From NCBI RefSeq assembly GCF_000142905.1, contig NW_013657642.1:255851-319850 (forward strand): a DNA stretch of 64,000 nucleotides, written 5' to 3'. Of the stretch, positions 59,427-64,000 are shown one piece after another. This DNA comes from Thecamonas trahens ATCC 50062 (lineage: Eukaryota > Protista > Apusomonadida). The position numbers were made by a program, and so were the translations under genes. The notes below the pieces were generated by a model. That model searched no databases and had not been told where the DNA came from. It was given only the letters and a program-made list of their open reading frames with translations. How positions within the stretch are numbered: the stretch's first letter is position 1; each line of letters starts with the position of its first letter.

Positions 59427-61919
59427 ATGCCAACCGGAGCAGGAGTCGTCAGCATGTCGTCTACGTCGTATGGTGAGACCAGCAGCTTGGTCAGCTCGTC
59501 ACCTTCGTCCGCTGCTATGCTGTCCTCGTCGGACTGTACCACTTCGACCGGCAGTTTTTCAGCGGCCACCAGCAGCGGCCACAGCAGCGGCAGCAGCGGC
59601 AACGGCAATGGCAGCAACAAGTGGTCGAGGAATGATGATGATGATGATAATGGTGGTGATGAGTCGTACACCTTTATGTATGCCAGTGAGAGCTCGGGCT
59701 CTGTCGAGGCGGCCGAGGTGGCCGAGATCGGTGGTCGTCGGGCTGGTGGTTGGGCTGGTCGTCGGGCTGGTCGTCGTGGCCGGCTGGCAGAAGTTCGTGA
59801 AGAGGCTGAAGAGGTCTCATCGTCGTCGTCGCTCTCGTCGTCGGCTTCGGGACAGACTGCGCTGGAGCTGGCGTACCTCACGCGGAATCTGGAAAAGGAT
59901 ATCAAGCAGAAGATCCAGGTCAAGCAGCTGAAGCGTGAGTTCCGGGGCCAGCTGCTCGAGATGGTTGTGTACTGCGTGTTTCTTGTGGTCTTCTCGCTTG
60001 TTGTGCTCAACTCGCGTGATCCGCTCTACTCGTTCCAGTACAACGACTACATGAAGGACCTGATGCTGTATGAGGAGTTTTCGGGCGACGTGACCAAGAT
60101 CTACAAGACGTTTTTCTCGGTGGCGACGTTTGAGGAGTTCTGGCAGTACATGAAGGGCCCGCTCCTTGCTGGACTGTTCGAGTCGCCCGACGTGGGGCTC
60201 GGGCGCGGATACATTTACGGAGTCAACTACCTGGTGGGCGCGGTGCGGCTCCGGCAGGTGCGCGTGGCGCCGGGCAAGTGCGACATTGTGACCGACTTTA
60301 AGGCCGTCTTTCCGCAGTGCTACGCGCGGTACTCGAGCTCGGCGGTGGAGCGCGGGCCGCACACGCCCAAGCTCAAGCCGTACTTTTCGTCGGACCAGCT
60401 GGGGACGACGCGGCAGGTTGCGCGTCTGCAGTGGTTCGAGGGTGGCGGGTACATTGAGGACTTTTCGATTGCGGACAACACGACGGTGCATGAGGAGCAC
60501 ATGGCAGAGCTGGAGAGCGACGGGTGGGTGGATCTGCAGACGCGCGTGGTGTGGGTCGACTTTACGACGTACAACGCGAACCTCAACCTGTTCCACATTG
60601 CGCAGATGGCGTTTGAGTTTCTGCCTTCGGGCGGCGTTTTTCCATCGTACACCTTCCGGGTGGCGCGGCTGTACAAGTACGCCGACACAGCACTCGGGCG
60701 GGCGCAGCTTGCAGGCGAGATCATCATCATGTTCTTTGTGGTCTGCTACCTCATCCAGGAGGTGTACGAGCTGTGGAAGCACGGGTGCATCGCGTACTGG
60801 CAGAATGGATGGAATGTGATCGACCTGGTCAACATGCTGCTCTTTGTGTGCGTGTTTGGCATCCGCATCGCCATTCTCATCAAGCTCAACAACCTCGAGG
60901 TGGACCCGACGAACACGCGCAAGTTCTACAACTTTCAGCCGATCTCGCTGCTCAACTCTGCCGAGCAAAACATTCTGGCCGTCAACGCGTTTATCCTCTG
61001 GTTCAAGGTCTTCAAGTACACCAAGTTCCTGCCGGGCATGGACATCATTGCCGAGACGGTCTCCAAGTCGATCCGCAACACGGTCTCGTTTGTGGCCATG
61101 ATGGCCTTTGTTCTCTTTGGCTTTGCGCAGGCCGGCGTCCTCGCCTTTGGCACCGACGTCCCGGGCTTCCACACCTTTATCGACACGTTCTTCACCCTCC
61201 TCCGGTCGCTGCTAGGCGACTTTGACTTTGTGGCCATGCAGGAGTCGAACCGAGTCTTTGGGCCGCTCTACTTTGTTGTCTTTATCGTCCTTGTCTTCTT
61301 CATCCTCCTCTCCATGTTCATGGCCATTCTCAACGACGCCTACACCGAGGTTCAGGACACCATCCGCGAGAAGCAGAAGGACAAGGTCAACTTGCTCCAC
61401 GTCTTTGGCTCGTGGATTAAGGACCGCACGCAGGTCTTCCAGCAGGAGGAGGACGACGCTCAGGAGCTGCAGGACGCCATTGTCGAGGGCGACCAAGACG
61501 ACAATGACCTCCTCGACCGCGACGAGATCGAGACCATCTTCAAAAAGTACAAGCGCGAGGCCAAGCAGCTGCTTGGCGTTAACAACGCCGAGGAGCTGCT
61601 CCGCGAGTTTGACACCGACGGCGACAATTTGCTCGATGTCGAGGAGCAGCGCAACCTGCTCCGCAACCTGCAGCAGCGCAAGCTCCAGGCCCAGGTCAAG
61701 AAGCACGAGCTCCATGCCACGGGCGACATCTCGGGCCCGCCGGCCGTGCTCGACGGCGACAAGCTCGACTCGGAGTTCTCCTCCTACATCATGTCGCTCA
61801 AGCGCGATCTGAGCCACTTCCACGAGCGCCTCTCCAAGATGGACAAGCATATGCGCATCCTCATGCGCGAGATTGCGCCAGCGTCGGGCTCGTCATCGTC
61901 GTCGTCGTCGTCGTCGTAA
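59427..61919 (+). CDS. PKD2: Polycystin-2 (TRPP) channel with TOP domain, EF hands and coiled coil (start uncertain)
   Basis: NYLVGAVRLRQVRV, GGGYIED, WVDLQTRVVWVDFTTYNANLNLF, FEFLPSGGV, WFKVFKY, pore RSLLGDFDF, NRVFGPLYF, LSMFMAILNDAYTEV. Confidence 0.96.
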   Translation: MPTGAGVVSMSSTSYGETSSLVSSSPSSAAMLSSSDCTTSTGSFSAATSSGHSSGSSGNGNGSNKWSRNDDDDDNGGDESYTFMYASESSGSVEAAEVAEIGGRRAGGWAGRRAGRRGRLAEVREEAEEVSSSSSLSSSASGQTALELAYLTRNLEKDIKQKIQVKQLKREFRGQLLEMVVYCVFLVVFSLVVLNSRDPLYSFQYNDYMKDLMLYEEFSGDVTKIYKTFFSVATFEEFWQYMKGPLLAGLFESPDVGLGRGYIYGVNYLVGAVRLRQVRVAPGKCDIVTDFKAVFPQCYARYSSSAVERGPHTPKLKPYFSSDQLGTTRQVARLQWFEGGGYIEDFSIADNTTVHEEHMAELESDGWVDLQTRVVWVDFTTYNANLNLFHIAQMAFEFLPSGGVFPSYTFRVARLYKYADTALGRAQLAGEIIIMFFVVCYLIQEVYELWKHGCIAYWQNGWNVIDLVNMLLFVCVFGIRIAILIKLNNLEVDPTNTRKFYNFQPISLLNSAEQNILAVNAFILWFKVFKYTKFLPGMDIIAETVSKSIRNTVSFVAMMAFVLFGFAQAGVLAFGTDVPGFHTFIDTFFTLLRSLLGDFDFVAMQESNRVFGPLYFVVFIVLVFFILLSMFMAILNDAYTEVQDTIREKQKDKVNLLHVFGSWIKDRTQVFQQEEDDAQELQDAIVEGDQDDNDLLDRDEIETIFKKYKREAKQLLGVNNAEELLREFDTDGDNLLDVEEQRNLLRNLQQRKLQAQVKKHELHATGDISGPPAVLDGDKLDSEFSSYIMSLKRDLSHFHERLSKMDKHMRILMREIAPASGSSSSSSSSS

Positions 61920-62044
61920 AAGGTGATGCACAACCGAGAGGCGAGCGGAGCAGGGATGTTTTTACCTCGTTGCAATGCGTGCCACAACGAGAGCCATGGC
62001 GGGGGCGAAAGGGGAGAGCAAAGTCATCCAAGTCAACATGTACA

Positions 62045-62472
62045 TCATGTCTTGCCTCTGTTGTAGTGGGCGTCAGACTTTGTGTGGCCGACGTTGATGA
62101 TCTTTGGACAGCCTTCACGGGAACGTTCGAGGAGGCAGCACTCCTTGCAGTAGTAAGCATCGGCCTCACCTCGCCTGCCACAGACGAGACAAGCCTCTTG
62201 ACCCTTTCCAAAGGCACACTCATCACAGATCCTCACAATCTCAGCAAGCCGAACAAACGAGTCGCACACCACACATCGTCCGTCACATCGATCACATACT
62301 CTTCCAATACTGATCCCTGTCTGCTTGTGGCAAGGAATGAGATCAGGATCTACACAATTGACCAGCCATGATCCACGTATCTCCATCATGAGTAAGAGGA
62401 GGGGGGGGGGCAGGGGGGGGGCAGGGGGGGGAGGGCGGGGGGAGGGGGGGGGGACGTACGATGGCGAGCCAT
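62045..62472 (-). CDS. PHF5A: PHF5A/Rds3 (SF3b); exons 62472-62460 and 62349-62045
   Basis: [62 protein letters not shown]. Confidence 0.95.
62350..62459 (-). other. Spliceosomal intron in PHF5A (110 nt)
   Basis: GTACGT...GTGTAG, phase 1. Removal restores MARHHPD. Confidence 0.9.
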
Positions 62473-62606
62473 GAGGGGCGGAGAAGGAGGTGACTGGTCC
62501 GGATGGGGTGGGTGTGGGGGGGGTGGGGTGGAGAGAGGAGGTGAGGTGAAGGGATGGAGGGGTGGGGGTGGTGGGGGTGGTGGGGGTGAGGGTGAGTGAG
62601 GTGTTC

Positions 62607-62684
62607 GTCGGTCCTCGTCGTCGTGTCGTGGTCGGTCCTCGTCGTCGTGTCGTGGTCGGTCCTCGTCGTCGTGTCGTGGTCGGT
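62607..62684. repeat. 24-nt direct repeat x3 upstream of PHF5A
   Basis: GTCGGTCCTCGTCGTCGTGTCGTG in tandem, no spacers. Confidence 0.9.
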
Positions 62685-63208
62685 GGCGGAGTGGGTGGTG
62701 CCAGCTGTGCCCAAGGCGACACGATGGAGTGATGCGAAGATGATATGATGATAAGATGACGGGGGGTACTTGGAGGGGAGGGGAGGGGAGGGAAGGGGAG
62801 GGGAGGGGAGGGGAGGGGGGAGGGGAGGTGATCAGAGGTGATCATGACGAGGCTATTGTGACAGCTGTGTCAATGGATATGCTGAAGGTGTGCTGAAGGT
62901 TGATATGATGGCGATGTTGACAATCAGGCAGATGATGGGCAGGATGTTGGTGAGGATGATGAGACCGAGACAGCCATGACATACCACACATACCATGAGC
63001 TCGGCGTGACGGTCTGGCACCTGCAGGCGACGGCGACGGCGAACGGCGACGGTGACGGCGAACGGCGACGGCGGTGGCGACAGCGATGGCGGACAGATGA
63101 CTAACTCTGTCGATAAGCACGTGACTCTCTCGCTACCCACGCCGACGGTCCCCACCTTACCTTCCGTAACAGGTATATAACTGTACCGCGTGTTTGTGCA
63201 GGGAGAGC

Positions 63209-64000
63209 ATGCCTTCAAGGTCGTGGCTGGTGAGCGAGCTGGCTGACGAGATTCTGGTGCTGGTCATCCAAGAGTTGGAGGCAAAGGATGTGCGGGCGTT
63301 GGCAAGCAGCTGTACCAAGATGTGGCGGTTGTGTATGGATCAAGTGGCATGGAGGAAACGGGTTAATGACCTTCTTCATTCTGCTGATGATGGTCATGGC
63401 CTGGGCCGATGGATGATCTCGTTGTTGGCCGATCTTCGCCAGGCTGAGCTGCCTGAGGATGTCATTCATCGATTCTTGTCGGTCACCTCGTTGCCGTTGG
63501 CAAAGCTCGCCTTTGCTGAGGCCTGGTTTCTGGATGAATGCAGGGCGTGTCCAGACTATGGCGGAGGTCTGCTCTCGCCGGTTGTGGTGGGGGTGGGGGC
63601 GGGCGTGGGCTCCAGCGATGACGATGCCGACGCGGTCGAGCGGCGGTGGCGCGTCGAGCTGGTGGTGGACGAGAGCAGCGCCACGGGCACAAACCCGCGC
63701 ATCGAGCTCGGCCACGTCGAGCTGAGGCTGGATGCTTCTCAGGATGAGGTTGGATACCAAGGCCGGCCGGCAGTCGAGGTGGTGGCGGCAGTGGCGGCCG
63801 GCGGGCGGTTTGCCTTTGGCCTCGACGAGGCGTACGCGCACGTCACCAATGCCGCCGGCGACGCGGTCGACGTCTTGCCGCTGCCTGCATCAGATACAGA
63901 GCCTAGGCTTGTAACCTTTGTCTCGGATGCTGTCGCGGCGCATCTGACAGGTACTTTTGTGCCGCTGCCGGAGCAAGTGGCGCGAGCGGCTCTGCCAACC
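63209..64000 (+). CDS. F-box protein, 3' partial
   Basis: Manual translation: MPSRSWLVSELADEILVLVIQELEAKDVRALASSCTKMWRLCMDQVAWRK. The frame is open to the window end. Confidence 0.8.
   Translation, partial: MPSRSWLVSELADEILVLVIQELEAKDVRALASSCTKMWRLCMDQVAWRKRVNDLLHSADDGHGLGRWMISLLADLRQAELPEDVIHRFLSVTSLPLAKLAFAEAWFLDECRACPDYGGGLLSPVVVGVGAGVGSSDDDADAVERRWRVELVVDESSATGTNPRIELGHVELRLDASQDEVGYQGRPAVEVVAAVAAGGRFAFGLDEAYAHVTNAAGDAVDVLPLPASDTEPRLVTFVSDAVAAHLTGTFVPLPEQVARAALPT

Overview
Eukaryotic genomic scaffold: GC-rich, gene-dense and intron-poor, with one 100-N gap at 8535-8634. Gene content (CDK7, beta'-COP, Sec24, SIN1, Furry, polycystin-2, PHF5A, DSS1/SEM1, UBXN6) and style (rare short 5'-proximal GTAYG introns with poly-C/poly-G tracts) suggest a flagellated protist close to opisthokonts. 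The apusomonad Thecamonas is my inference and is unverified. About 27 protein-coding genes are supported. Several are missed or mis-framed by the ORF track: a CNBD-family channel running off the left edge, an F-box protein running off the right edge, and spliced CDK7, PNP, COPB2, SEM1 and PHF5A. I found no rRNA, tRNA, CRISPR array or intact transposon. The best novelty candidate is a ~1690-aa protein with a degenerate DUF294/GlnD-like nucleotidyltransferase fold, a HEPN-like helical domain and TPR/ARM repeats. Other leads: a K+-channel filter with Gly at the conserved Thr site, a XapA-like PNP next to a SelJ/J1-crystallin-type ADP-ribosylhydrolase, a 5-oxoprolinase with a mitochondrial-type presequence, a possible AUC start in SIN1, convergent genes with overlapping stop codons, and an 18%-GC island with an inverted repeat beside an internally deleted GH130 gene. 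All family assignments come from motifs recognised by eye; no searches were run.
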